A DNA stretch of 32,936 nt from Octopus bimaculoides (GCF_001194135.2 NC_068982.1:156957869-156990804); one strand, 5' to 3'. Numbered from the stretch's first letter, positions 20,830 to 32,100 are shown. Made by a program: numbers and translations. Notes: generated by a model not told the origin, from the letters alone.

Positions 20830-22350
20830 CTATTTGAGGCCTAATGAACTACGTCCAAAAATATATCAACTAGCAGATTATACTGGGCCAGTAAGCATTA
20901 CATCCAACTAGGTACTATCAGAAGCGGTATTACCCAGATGAAAATACTACTAAATATTTTCAGAAATGTTGTCATAGCCTGAAACTGTGTATGGGACATT
21001 TTAAATGCGCCGCATTTGCTACATAAGATAAGTAATTAAATTGAAATTCAGGATGTTAACTTAAATACAGTCACTGAAACAGAGCATTGAACATGAATTA
21101 CTATATGAATACCTGGAAATAAGTGAACCTGGTATAACAGAAATGAAGAAGAAAAATAGAAAAAAATAGTTATGCAAGATAAGTTAATGGATAAAAATGG
21201 AATAGCCACACCTGTCATTCAATGTCTAACGTAATTAATTGGTTATAAGGAGAACATACTTTACTAACAAAGAAGAAAGGTCGTGATAGATATAGAAAAC
21301 CTCTACAAATTGACAACAATATAACAATTAAAAGACTTGGAAACAATCAAAGAGAAACTGGTTACTGTAAGAATGAGATATGAAGACTAACATAACTTCT
21401 CTTTATATAAATAAAAAGAAAATTAAATTACTAACTGGACGAACTGAGCTGTTGGGTAGGCTTAAGAAAATCCTTTAGGCAAGGAAAGAAGAATAGACAC
21501 AAATGAAGACGGCATGCTACATTAAACTGATGGAAAAGGGGAGAGAAAACCATTCCATGGCCCATGCCACAAGATGGAAAGAATTGAGAAAAGCTAGCTA
21601 TTGCTCAAAAGCTATATACTTAATGTATAAAAATGGCCTGTTTTAGCTTAATAGCAATAATGCCTAACTATGAGCAACTGCAAATAAAATAATGGTTTCA
21701 AATTTTGACACAAGGCCAACAGTTTCAGAGGATGAGGTAAGTCGATTACATCGATCACATTGCTCAACTGGTTCCTATTTAATCGACCCCGAAAAGGGAT
21801 GAAAGGGAAAGTCAACCTTGGCGGAATTTTAACTCAAAGCGTAAATACACGCTAAACACCGATAAGCATTTTGCCTGGCGGACTAACGATTATGCCAGCG
21901 GCAAGCACGGCATCTAGACTTCTAGTTGTTGCCAGGTCTGATTATAGCCACAATTGGGATTATATGCCAAACCTTCGACTTCAAAACGGGTAAGAACGAG
22001 ATTAAGCAGGTATCTAACAAAATACATGACAACGCCATACTTCTCTACATTACCCGAGGAAAATTATTGAGATATGATATCCAATGGCTGAAATGAAAAT
22101 AACTCTACTTTGATAGACATCTCGATTCCAACTTATTTATAGCATTGCCTGAAAGGACGTGGAAAAACTGTGGAAAAAATACAAAAGACCCTGAAATTGA
22201 AATAAGCAGTATATGCGACGCAGTACAAGTAACGATTGGGACACTAGATGTAATAGAATTATAATTAAAATTAAATGATCTATAAACACAGCTCAAAAGA
22301 TAGCTCGACTGGAAAAAGTCCACAACATTCACATGACATTTTTAGTTTCA
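20830..22350 (+). mobile_element. Decayed R4/Dong-like RLE non-LTR retrotransposon (end of RT to RLE), interrupted by a SINE
   Basis: 21083 SIEHELLYEYLEISE (YKYLG-like RT motif); IENLYKLTT; 22110 LIDISIPT...KDVEK..KYKDPEIEI...VTIGTLDVI; about 22292 QKIARLEKVH (QKIALLGTAH-like terminus). Many stops and frameshifts; boundaries approximate. Confidence 0.65.
21690..21900 (-). mobile_element. SINE group C inserted into the R4/Dong-like remnant
   Basis: cacaaggccaac...gtcgattacatcgat...gaccccgaaa..gatgaaagg.aaagtcaaccttggcggaattt...ctaacgattatgccagc. Confidence 0.85.
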
Positions 22351-22689
22351 CGGCACAACCGAAGCAACACATCTTTGCACACAGCACACCTCATACGACA
22401 CGTGCTGCACAATATCCTTAGAAAACAACACAATACAAAATACACAACATAAAACTTATACGATAGACCCCAACAAAATAAAACAACTCCCACAGTGCAT
22501 ATTCTAACCAGTAGAACCGACACTAAAATAATACCAGAGATAATTGATAGAACCTCACAAAGCTGCAACAAGGCAAATCTGAAGAGACAAAAATAATTAT
22601 GAAAGAAAAATAATTAGGAAGAGACAAGATAATTATGTTAAGTTAGATAAAGAAACAAGGATAATATAATTAAACGAAAGACAGACATT

Positions 22690-23140
22690 CAAACAACGAA
22701 GAGTTAGAGATCTAGACAGAACACGATATATACAAATAAAAGTTTAGGAAGAAATGTTGCAATCAAAGTAGATTAATAACTACACTAAATTTAAATGCAA
22801 AACAAAGCAAATAGGCATCAATATTCCAACTGTCTCAGTAATAACTATACTCAAAACAAGATGTTAAATCAATTAGCAAGACTAGACAGCAAGACAAGAA
22901 AAATATGAACTGCATTTAGTATGCACCGCTGAACACTTGACAAAGAAAGTTTATATTTACCACGAATACGGGAAGGTAGAAACCTTATGCAACTGGTAAA
23001 CTATTATAAAATGTCCATTGTTAGACTACACAACATCTAATGGAAAATGGAACACTAATACAAATAACAATAAAAGAAGATTAAATGAAAACGAAAATGT
23101 TTTCTGTCTGTAAGGAAGTCGAAACATAAAAGTAATCATC
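22690..23140 (+). mobile_element. Second decayed R4/Dong-like LINE fragment (RT thumb region)
   Basis: 22873 onward translates LARLDSKTRKI*TAFSMHR*TLDKESLYLPRIREGRNLMQLVNYYK, matching the LDRKTRK.L...MHHP.AD..RLYLPR..GGRGL motif. It overlaps the region already present near 21250, so it is an independent copy. Confidence 0.75.
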
Positions 23141-23672
23141 GAAATATAAATATCTGAAAATATAGAAAACCAAGATAGAGAGGATTCGAAAAGGCAAAAA
23201 AAGAAAATAAAGATAACGTAATAGTAGATGTCTTGCAAAAGATAGAGTAATTTTGCTGACNNNNNNNNNNNNNNNNNNNNNNNNNNNNNNNNNNNNNNNN
23301 NNNNNNNNNNNNNNNNNNNNNNNNNNNNNNNNNNNNNNNNNNNNNNNNNNNNNNNNNNNNNNNNNNNNNNNNNNNNNNNNNNNNNNNNNNNNNNNNNNNN
23401 NNNNNNNNNNNNNNNNNNNNNNNNNNNNNNNNNNNNNNNNNNNNNNNNNNNNNNNNNNNNNNNNNNNNNNNNNNNNNNNNNNNNNNNNNNNNNNNNNNNN
23501 NNNNNNNNNNNNNNNNNNNNNNNNNNNNNNNNNNNNNNNNNNNNNNNNNNNNNNNNNNNNNNNNNNNNNNNNNNNNNNNNNNNNNNNNNNNNNNNNNNNN
23601 NNNNNNNNNNNNNNNNNNNNNNNNNNNNNNNNNNNNNNNNNNNNNNNNNNNNNNNNNNNNNNNNNNNNNNNN

Positions 23673-23713
<41 letters not shown>

Positions 23714-23742
23714 GACATACATATATATATATATAGAGACAT

Positions 23743-23920
23743 TACTCTCTTTTAATTGTTTCAGTCATTTGACTGTGTCCATGCTGGAGCACTGCTTTTT
23801 AGTCGAGCAAATCGACCCCAGGACTTATTCTTTGAAAGCCTAGTACTTATTCTACCCGTCTGTTTTGCATCGGTTGTCAAGCGATGTTGGAGGGGACAAA
23901 CACAAACACACAGACACAGA
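23743..23920 (-). mobile_element. SINE group B, 3' half with internal deletion
   Basis: Reverse complement of 16432-16653, lacking the gtccccgtaacttagcggttcgg segment. Confidence 0.85.
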
Positions 23921-24457
23921 TCCCCCCCCCATATATATTAATTAGAAGGAATAAACTAGAAAGCAAAACGCTGCTGATTGAGTAAACATATGGTAATAAA
24001 CATTGTAGCCAACAATATCTTATATGCTATTCAGACTTCATATATGTAATGCCACCTTGAATATACTCTGTTAATCAATGAATCAATGTGAGTTTTCGAT
24101 AGGATCATTGTTTAAGAAAGCAGGGTGGAATCTGATGAATATTTGGTCGATATATTTAACAGAAATTCTGGCCACATGAAGATCTTTTGTTGACGAACTA
24201 TTCATGGTGTTGTCGAGACCGAAATCAATCCTGATTCAGCTAATGTATGATCGATGTTATTTTAACAGTGAACATCGGGTTTTATTATGGTAGGCATTAT
24301 CTTACAGCACTGAAAAACCATTCATATTTTCCAAATGCCTCAGGTGATTATCATTGATGGAAATAAGAAACAGAAAACAAATATGACTTCAATTTAAGAT
24401 TTGTTTGGTAATTCCGTGTTTGATTAAGACATACATACATACATACATACATACATA

Positions 24458-24719
24458 ATCACTTGAACTGTAAAAATCTGTAAAACCTACCAGAAGTTTA
24501 TCATTTAAATATATATGAGCATGTCTAGATATTCAACTATATGCCATAAAACGAAACACAAATCTGCATACATACATACATACATACATACATACAAACA
24601 AACAAACAAAAATGCCCTGGTGCTGATGTTGAAATTCCATTGAAGGAGCCTTGGATTTAGGTTAGAAACCGGCGCTTTATCTATTGGCAAGAAATCTTGA
24701 AATAAAACTGAACAATGAC
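24458..24719 (+). mobile_element. 5'-truncated 3' end of the (CATA)n-associated RLE-type LINE
   Basis: IT*TVKICKTYQKFII* plus the same 3'UTR as 2487-2813; (CATA)n at 24430-24457 and about 24756-24820. Confidence 0.75.
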
Positions 24720-24756
24720 ATAAATACACACGTGCATTCATTCAATCATTCATTCA

Positions 24757-24790
<34 letters not shown>

Positions 24791-25329
24791 CATACATACA
24801 TACATACACGCATACATAATTTAAGATGCGATTCCTTATTATTGTTTAAGGGATTGAGATTGCATTCTTTTCATGCAGTTTAGTCTAAAGATGTTGAATT
24901 TTCAGAAAGAGCAGATATTCTCATAAGACTAACTAGGAAAATTATAGTATTATGTCTAAATATGGATATTTCGAGACCTGACTAATAATAATAATAGAAA
25001 ATGAAATTACCCACGAGACGTATTTTCTCTGCCTAGGAGAAGAAGGAACTGATTCTAACAAAAAGTTCAATAAACCGAGCGGCTGGTGTTTTTCGGATAA
25101 GCAGAAGAGGTGTTTTAATGGGGTGTCTATCTTAATATTACTAATGCTGCATAGTTTCTCTGCTTGTGTCGCAATGAATATTTGTGATGATGAAGATTCA
25201 AACGGATTTACAGAAAGCCAGATGTGATGCGTTACATCATGCCACATTTCAAATGTTTTGTATATTTACTTTATGTGACCACACATATGTGTTGCTATAC
25301 GCGTGTGTAAGTGTTCATATATGTTTCTC

Positions 25330-25646
25330 GAAATAAGAATCTGAAAATACAGAAGTCTTTAAAAAGTATTTATTTACTTAACTGGTTTCACTTATTTAAA
25401 TAGATTTCAAAAGTAAAGTGTAAAGTTTGTGTATCCTCTATGGTGCCAAAAATTAGTTTACATAAATGTATTCAAATCAAGGCATAGAGTCTTTGACGAT
25501 GATAAGGAAAAGTTTGAGGCTTTGTGTATCTGCTGGGATGACTCAAAGAATAGTTTACATAAAAAAAAACATTCAGATCAGATTATTTTACAATGATAAG
25601 AAGATACAAATTAGTTTACATAAATATATCCAAATCAAGTAATAGA
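25330..25646 (-). repeat. Left arm of the PLE inverted terminal repeat
   Basis: Collinear reverse complement of 27635-27952 (clearly diverged; identity not computed); contains three attagtttacataaa subrepeats. Confidence 0.9.
25376..25414 (-). ncRNA. Degenerate U3-A8 hammerhead-like motif in the PLE 3' terminus
   Basis: ACUU-UUGAAA-UCUAUUUAAAUAAGU-GAAAC-CA-GUU-AAGU; one core A missing. Confidence 0.3.
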
Positions 25647-26150
25647 GGTTTTAACAGGAAGATAAAACCTGTCTGGTTTGTCAATCAGTTGGTGCTAAAG
25701 TTGCAGTCTCACGGTAATCAAAAAGAAAGCATAATAATTTTCAGCATCTTAAGTTGGGAAAAATGTGAGTAGAGAAATAACAAACCATTTATAGTTCTCG
25801 GATCTCGTTGTAGGATCTCGCAACTGGATGGAATTTAACAGTTACCATTATTTTATGCAGTAATAGTGGCTCAAAATTGCCTTCTTTTTAGAAAAACAAT
25901 GTGGTTAGTTGATGGCAGTCACGTGATGAAAACGTATCTCTGTTTTTGAAAAAGGTGGCATAGAATTGTTTTCTCTCTAAAAACAGTGTGGGTGGTTGAT
26001 TACAGTCACATGATCAAAAGATTCTAATAGTTGTTGTGGAGCCAAGAAAGTCTTGTTTGGTGAGCTGGTCCTGTTATGGTTCAGTAGGTTTGGCTGGAGA
26101 TTTGGGGTTTATGTGTATGACTCATAAGTAAAGAATGGTGTATAATTGCG

Positions 26151-26990
26151 TTAAGTGTATGTGTGTATGCATGTATGTGTGTTTTTTCTTCGCAAGGCAG
26201 AGTGTGCGTGCACGTGGATATGTGTGTGTGTGTTTGTGGCTGTGTATGTGTGTGTTATGATTGTCCGGGTGGTGTGTGTATGTGTGTATACGTATGTTAT
26301 ATTTATCAGGGCATTCTGTGTCCGTGTGTACATGTATATGTATATGTTACGGTTGACAAGCTGGTGTGCATGTGCACGTGTGTGTCTGTGTGTACGTGTT
26401 TGCGTGCGTGCTGCGTTTGTTAGGGTGGGTGTGTGGGGGTATGCGTCTGTGTGTGTGTGTGTGTGTGTGTGCTATATTTGTCAGAGTGGTGTGTATGCGT
26501 ATGTACGGGAGCATGCGTGTGTACGTGTGAGTTATATTTTTCAGAGTTGTATGTGCATGCGTGTGCGTGTGTGTATGTTGTGTTGGTTGAGATGGTGTGT
26601 GCGTACGCACGTCGGTATGTGTGTACATGTGTGTCTGATTAGTATTTCGAGGGCGATGTGTGTATTTTGTGTTTGTCAGGATGTTGTGTGTGTTCGTATG
26701 TAAGTGTTTACGTGTATGTGCCAGTGTACGTGTGTTTTTTCTCGGGATGTTTGTGTGCTTTTTCTGGGAAATGGGGATATTGTGTTTGTATGTGTGCGTG
26801 TGTGTATGGATATATGGGGGTTGTATTGTATTTGTGTGTGTGAGTATCTGCGTATGTGTCTGTGTGTGTGCGTGTATGGGTGTGTGCATATATATTTATA
26901 TATGAGTGTGTCTCTGTGTGTTTGTTGTGGATGTGTGTTCCTGGGTGATAGGTATATTGTGTGTATGTGTGAATGCGCGTAAGGAGTGTG
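26151..26990. repeat. ~840-bp complex TG-rich low-complexity tract inside the PLE
   Basis: Read directly; source of the many CVCV and HTHT ORFs. Confidence 0.9.
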
Positions 26991-27062
26991 TTTGTTTAGG
27001 AATTAGAGTATTGCCTAGTTGTTCCGAGACTAGTTGACAGTCCAAGTATATTTTTTAAGATA

Positions 27063-27630
27063 TTAGAGCATGTTTAACTGTGGTCTGAGTTTTCGAATAA
27101 AAATGTTTTCTTTATTCATTCGTGTTTGGTCAGTGGCGCTGTCTGGGCAAAGGTATAGTGGAAAAACTTGGAATTTGGGGGAACTTATTTTTTGCACAGA
27201 GATCTAAGTGGCCACTGAGTGGTATGTGTCTTGTGGTGGGATCCTGCAATTGCTGACGGTGGACAGTCATCCTCCCTCTGAGGGTAAAACTAGTTTGCCC
27301 TACGTAATCTTCGTGGCACACTTTACACCTAATGGCATAAATTAATTTTTTTGATGTGCAGGTGAAGTTATTTTTTACGACAAACGTGTGTTCTGACTGA
27401 AATTTATACATGATGCCTTCGATGAGGTAAATGAAAGCCCCGCAATTAGAGCGACCACATTTTTTGACGGTTGGTGTTTGGCTTGTTTTGGGTAATTTTG
27501 CATTGGTGAGTAATGTTTTTAAGGATATGGGATTTGTCTTGCTTTTTTATGATTTTATGGATTTCGAGTGCAGTTTTTAAACAAGGGGTGTTCTTGTGTA
27601 TAATAGTGTAGGCTTCTGTATGTCTTGGGT
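27063..27630 (-). pseudogene. PLE linker plus GIY-YIG endonuclease remnant
   Basis: HNPRHTEAYTIIHKNTPCL / KSKTNPISLKTLLTNAKL..KCGRSNCG (Cys-rich linker), then FTCTSKKLIYAIRCKVCHEDYVGQTSFTLRGRMTVH; frameshift near 27175 to FQVFPLYL..RMNKENIFIRKLRPQLNML* (stop at 27063-27065). Confidence 0.9.
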
Positions 27631-27634
27631 TGTG

Positions 27635-27952
27635 TCTATTACTTGATTTGGATATATTTATGTAAACTAAATTTTATCTTCTTATCATTGTATAAAATTT
27701 TATTACCTGATCGGAATGTTTTTATGTCAACTATTTTTTGAGTCATCACAGAGGATACACAAAGCCTCGAGCCTTTTCTCCTCATTGTCAAAGACTATCA
27801 CTTGATTTGAATACATTTATGTAAACTAATTTTTGAGACCATAGAGGATACATAGAGCTTTACACTTTATTTTTTGAAAATCTTATTAAATGAGTGAAAC
27901 TGGTTCAGTAAATAAATACTTTTAAAAACTCCTGCATTTCCAGATTCATTTC
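27635..27952 (+). repeat. Right arm: inverted copy of the PLE 3' terminus at the 5'-truncation point
   Basis: Begins tctattacttgatttgg directly after the truncated ORF; mirrors 25330-25646. Confidence 0.9.
27870..27909 (+). ncRNA. Degenerate U3-A8 hammerhead-like motif in the inverted PLE terminus
   Basis: UUGAAAA-U-CUUAUUAAAUGAG-U-GAAAC-UG-GUU-CAGU; stem I eroded. Confidence 0.3.
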
Positions 27953-27989
27953 CTTATAATTTTACTCGTAGCCCCTAGCTTTACTTCGT

Positions 27990-28052
<63 letters not shown>

Positions 28053-28154
28053 GTATGTATGCATCTATGTATGTATGTATACATGTATATGTAAATGTGT
28101 GCAGATATATGTATATATATGTGTGTGTATGTATGTATGCATATATGTATATAT

Positions 28155-28368
28155 GTGTGTGTCTGTATTTATGTTTGTCTCGCATTACTGCTTGACAATA
28201 GGTGTTGGTGTGTTTATGTCCCCGTAATTTAACAGTTTAGGAGAAGAGACCAATAAAATAATTACTAGGCTTTAAAACATCCTGAGGTCGACTTATTCGA
28301 CTAAACGCCTTCAAAGCGGTGGTCTAACACGGCCTCAGTCAAATGACTGAAAGAAGTAAAAGAATAAG
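28155..28368 (+). mobile_element. SINE group B, 3' half (diverged)
   Basis: cttgacaa...gtccccgtaa...gaggtcgacttattcgacta...agtcaaatgactgaaa..gtaaaagaataag. Confidence 0.8.
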
Positions 28369-28410
28369 CGAGTAAAAATTTATATACAATATTGTTTACT
28401 TTCCTGGATA

Positions 28411-28471
28411 TATTCTTTTGTTCTTTTATTTGTTTCAATGCTTTGACTGCGGCCTTGCTGGAGCTCCGCTT
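28411..28471 (-). mobile_element. SINE group B 3'-tail fragment, tail-to-tail with the preceding copy
   Basis: tttgactgcggccttgctggagctccgctt is the reverse complement of the group B 3' end. Confidence 0.7.
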
Positions 28472-28565
28472 CTTTACATAGTACACGCGTTTTCTAAGAC
28501 ATAGATGCACTAATAGAATGCTACAAACATACGCATACGTATCTGAATTATACTTATTGTCCTCT

Positions 28566-28678
28566 TTTTACATGTGTATTTCCAGATCACACAGATTTTA
28601 CATGTGTATTTCCAGATCACACAGATTTTACATGTGTATTTCCAGATCACACAGATTTTACATGTGTATTTCCAGATC
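28566..28678. repeat. 30-bp minisatellite, about 3.8 identical copies
   Basis: Unit ttttacatgtgtatttccagatcacacaga at 28566, 28596, 28626 and (partial) 28656. Confidence 0.97.
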
Positions 28679-28744
28679 TCAGCAAATACATCGTCAACAG
28701 TCTGTATCTTTTATTTGCGAACATATGTATTTTTCTTCTTACAG

Positions 28745-28822
28745 GTAACGTGGGAGATATTCCGAATACGATGAGGAACGTTAGCAAGCTATCTTTGGTG
28801 TAGCGACTGTGTGTGTTACCAT
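28745..28822 (+). other. Candidate 78-nt exon, non-coding or terminal; acceptor is immediately followed by GTAA
   Basis: tttttcttcttacag|GTAACG...CAT|gtatgt; stops in all three frames. Confidence 0.35.
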
Positions 28823-28991
28823 GTATGTTGATGCTACTAATCTTGTTGTGATATTCTTGTTCCTAGTGTTTAAGTCAGTGCTGCTTTTGGTGTCATGATA
28901 GTCATGTGACTGAATTTATTTTTATCGTAGTGATATCCGTGGTGTGTATGTGTTTATATGCATATTTGTGTATGTATGTCACATCGTTATT

Positions 28992-29366
28992 GTGGAGGCG
29001 CAATGACCCAGTTGTTAGGGCAGCGGGCTCATGGTCGTAGGATCACGGTTTCGATTCCCAGACCGGGCGTTGTCAGTGTTTATTGAGCGAAGACACCTAA
29101 AATTCCACAAGGCTCCGGCAGGGGATGGTGGCGAACCCTGCTGTACTCTTTCACCACGACTTTCTCTCACTCTATCTTCCTATTTCTGTTGTACCTGTAT
29201 TTCAAAGGGCCAGCCTTGTCACACTCTGGGTCACGCTGAACCTCCCCGAGGACTACATTAAGGTTACACGTGTCTGTGGAGTGCTCAGTCACTTGCACAT
29301 TAATTTCAAGAGCAGGCTGTTCCATTGATCGGATCAACTGGAACCCTCGTAGTCGTAACAACAACA
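28992..29366 (+). mobile_element. Full-length tRNA-derived SINE, group A
   Basis: Head ggaggcgcaatgacccagttgttagg...ggtttcgattccc; (AAC)n tail; 14-bp TSD gtcacatcgt(t/g)att at 28978-28991 and 29367-29380. Confidence 0.92.
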
Positions 29367-29711
29367 GTCACATCGTGATTATTGCTGCTACTTTTGTCGC
29401 TAGTGCCGTTGACACCTTGTCAGCTCTGACCGACCTGATAGCTGATAAATGTCGTTCCAGCGTTTCCATCACGTCTTTCAAAATTTGATATGGTGCGTTT
29501 TGATAGAAATTTTGCTGCCAAATTCTGCCCGTTTAAGAGAACACGTACGCGTTCATTCACGTGTACTGTTTCCGTATTCTCGGATCAATCCTGGGAGATC
29601 AAGTCAAAGATTATTGCCATTCCGAATGTGACCTCACAATCATTTTTGTTGTTTTGTAGATATTGGCAAAAACTAATGTGAACTTTATCGAAGACTGTAG
29701 AGAGTAGCCTG

Positions 29712-29778
29712 AGGGAGAGAGAGAGGGAGAGAAAGAAAGAGAGAGAGAGAGAGAGGGAGAGAGAGAGAGGGAGGGAGG

Positions 29779-29820
<42 letters not shown>

Positions 29821-29911
29821 NNNNNNNNNNNNNNNNNNNNNNNNNNNNNNNNNNNNNNNNNNNNNNNNNNNNNNNNNNNNNNNNNNNNNNNNNNNNNNNN
29901 NNNNNNNNNNN

Positions 29912-29962
<51 letters not shown>
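29712..29962. repeat. (GA)n microsatellite spanning a gap
   Basis: Read directly. Confidence 0.95.
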
Positions 29963-29966
<4 letters not shown>

Positions 29967-29986
29967 CCATCTGTTATTTTTAGCAG

Positions 29987-30056
29987 ATCAAACGATCATG
30001 TACAGGCTCTTTCATGGCTGATAGCAATGCTGATTGTTGTCAGAAATATTTTTTAT
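29987..30056 (+). CDS. Candidate 70-nt exon, frame uncertain
   Basis: gttatttttagcag| acceptor, perfect TAT|gtaagt donor; two frames open (IKRSCTGSFMADSNADCCQKYFL or SNDHVQALSWLIAMLIVVRNIFY). Confidence 0.45.
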
Positions 30057-30350
30057 GTAAGTATGTGACGAGCCTCTATATGCGTATGCGTGTATTTCTC
30101 TGTGTGTGTACGCGCGCGCGTGGGCTTGTGTATATTAATGTGTTTGAGTATGAGTGTTGTACTGGTATTAGTGGGATGGCAACTTTCATTGTGTTAGCCT
30201 TGAACGATCAAAAGCGTTCCAGCTGTGACCGTCCCATCCTTGTTCAAGCAAAGCATTTGATGTTGATGGTGATGCTGATGATGTTATTGGTAGTGTTGGT
30301 GACATTAGGTGTTGAGGTGATGGTGCTGGTTTTGGCGTTGTTGGTGGTGA

Positions 30351-30546
30351 TTCTTTTCTACTCTAGGCACAAGGCCCAATATTTTGGAGGAGGGGGCTAG
30401 TCGATTAGATCGACTCCAGTACGCATCTGGTACTTATTTAATCGACTCCGAAAGGATGTAAGGCAAAGTCGACGTCGGCGGAATTTAAACTCGGAACCGT
30501 AAAGACAGACGAAATACCGCTGAGCATTTCGCCCGGCTAACGTTTC
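30351..30546 (-). mobile_element. SINE group C (5'-truncated), abutting the next copy
   Basis: ggcacaaggccc...gtcgattagatcgac...aaggcaaagtcgac.tcggcggaattt...cgcccggctaacg. Confidence 0.88.
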
Positions 30547-30778
30547 TTATTCTTTGCTGCCCACAAGGCGCTACACACGAGGAGACAGACAGGGACAGAC
30601 AAACGGATTAAGTCGATTATATCGACCGCAGTGCGTTACTGGTACTTATTTAATTGACCCCGAAAGGATGAAAAGTAAAGTCAACTTCAGTGGAATTTGA
30701 ACTCAGAACGTAACGGCAGACGAAATACCGCTAAGCATTTCGCCCGGCGTGCTAACGTTTCTGCCGGATTGCTGCCTT
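30547..30778 (-). mobile_element. SINE group C subfamily with an alternative 3' tail
   Basis: Same head and core as other group C copies, but the tail reads gcccacaagg...ggacagacaaacggatt. Confidence 0.88.
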
Positions 30779-31086
30779 GTTAGTGGTAATTGTAACACAA
30801 CTTGTGGTGTTTGGTATTATTTTAGTACAAACTTACTATTCAGTAAGACTTATCAAAGTGTTGATATCTGTAGATTGGGGCGATCGCTTTCAGCAAAAGA
30901 ACAAAGAAACATTACAACAACAATAACCACGGCAATTGGACAAAACAAATTGTAAAACAAGACACAAAAATATAGAAAGATCAACAATTTTATGTCACTT
31001 TTACACCTGTCTTCTGTACGAGAATAAAGAAAACTAACAGAAAATAAACGAGTGTAAGAAAAATTGCCTAAACTGTATAACTTTGG

Positions 31087-31156
<70 letters not shown>
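31087..31156. repeat. (AAT)n microsatellite
   Basis: Read directly. Confidence 0.97.
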
Positions 31157-31160
<4 letters not shown>

Positions 31161-31532
31161 AAGGAACAAAAACAGAGGAACATTAATAATTAATATATGA
31201 ATATGAAACAAAACAACAATATAAAATGTTAAAAAAATAAAAGCAAGAGGGGAAAGGCGTTGCTGTTATTACCCAGACCGAGATAAGGGAATAAATAAAG
31301 GAACAAAGCTGGAAACGGAATCTCGTAATACTTGGGTTTTATGAACCCAGATGCAGACATTCATTCAACATACGCGACGCCAAGTAGTCGTATAAGCGAA
31401 GAGAATTTGCCATTTAGATAATACCTATTTAGGCAGGCTTGTGTTATCGTTATAGTTAATCTTCGAACAAGCCGCCAAATATAGTCAGGGCATTTCTTTT
31501 CTTTTTTTCTTTTTTTTTTTTTCATTTTTCAG

Positions 31533-31596
31533 GTGTATTTCTTTCTTGTTTCCTCATATTCATTCATTATTGGACGGGCGCCCGACAGCTTTCGAG
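31533..31596 (+). CDS. Candidate 64-nt exon, frame uncertain
   Basis: About 30-nt polypyrimidine tract ending ttttcag|; GAG|gtaaaa donor (alternative AAG|gtaaaa 7 nt further on); all three frames open; GC-richer 3' half. Confidence 0.45.
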
Positions 31597-31684
31597 GTAA
31601 AAGGTAAAAACTTTAAACGTGAATGTAGATAGGTGTTAAATAGCAGTAATACTTAAGACAGCAGGGTGAGAGAAAGGGCGCGAG

Positions 31685-31726
<42 letters not shown>

Positions 31727-32100
31727 TATTTATGTATGCATATATATATATATGTACCTTTATAAATGTTAGTCTGTTATATACGAATATATATATATAT
31801 ATATACATACATACACACACACTCACACACACACAAACATACACACACAACACACACACACACACACACATATATAATATCATATTAGTTGAGAGAAACA
31901 AAGAGAGAGAAAAATACTTGAGGAAGAGTGTGAGCGAAAGAGTGTTGAGAACTGTGAGATGTTATGGGAAGTTAGAGGTCTTAAGAGAAGTTAGAGGTCT
32001 TAAGAGCAAGAATAAATACAGAGTGACGAAATATGGAAAATGGAGAGAAAGAGAGGACAAGGAAGGTGAAGCTAAATAGAGAGAGGGAGGGAGAGAGAAA

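Larger units (their letters stand above)
25330..27952 (-). mobile_element. 5'-truncated Penelope-like element (Neptune-type) with inverted terminal repeats
   Basis: GIY-YIG remnant on the minus strand, long 3' region, ~317-bp inverted termini; no TSD seen. Confidence 0.75.

Noticed and set aside
22329-22571. Hydrophobic, Cys-rich minus-strand ORF (MLQLCEVLSII...)
   Set aside because: It is the antisense of an A/C-rich stretch at the LINE 3' end; composition explains the hydrophobicity.
23095-23135. ctgtctgtaaggaagtcgaaac as a hammerhead
   Set aside because: No proper core; it lies in frame with the decayed R4/Dong-like ORF.
28566-28678. 30-bp direct repeats as a possible CRISPR array
   Set aside because: The units are contiguous with no spacers, there are no cas genes, and the context is eukaryotic; this is a minisatellite.
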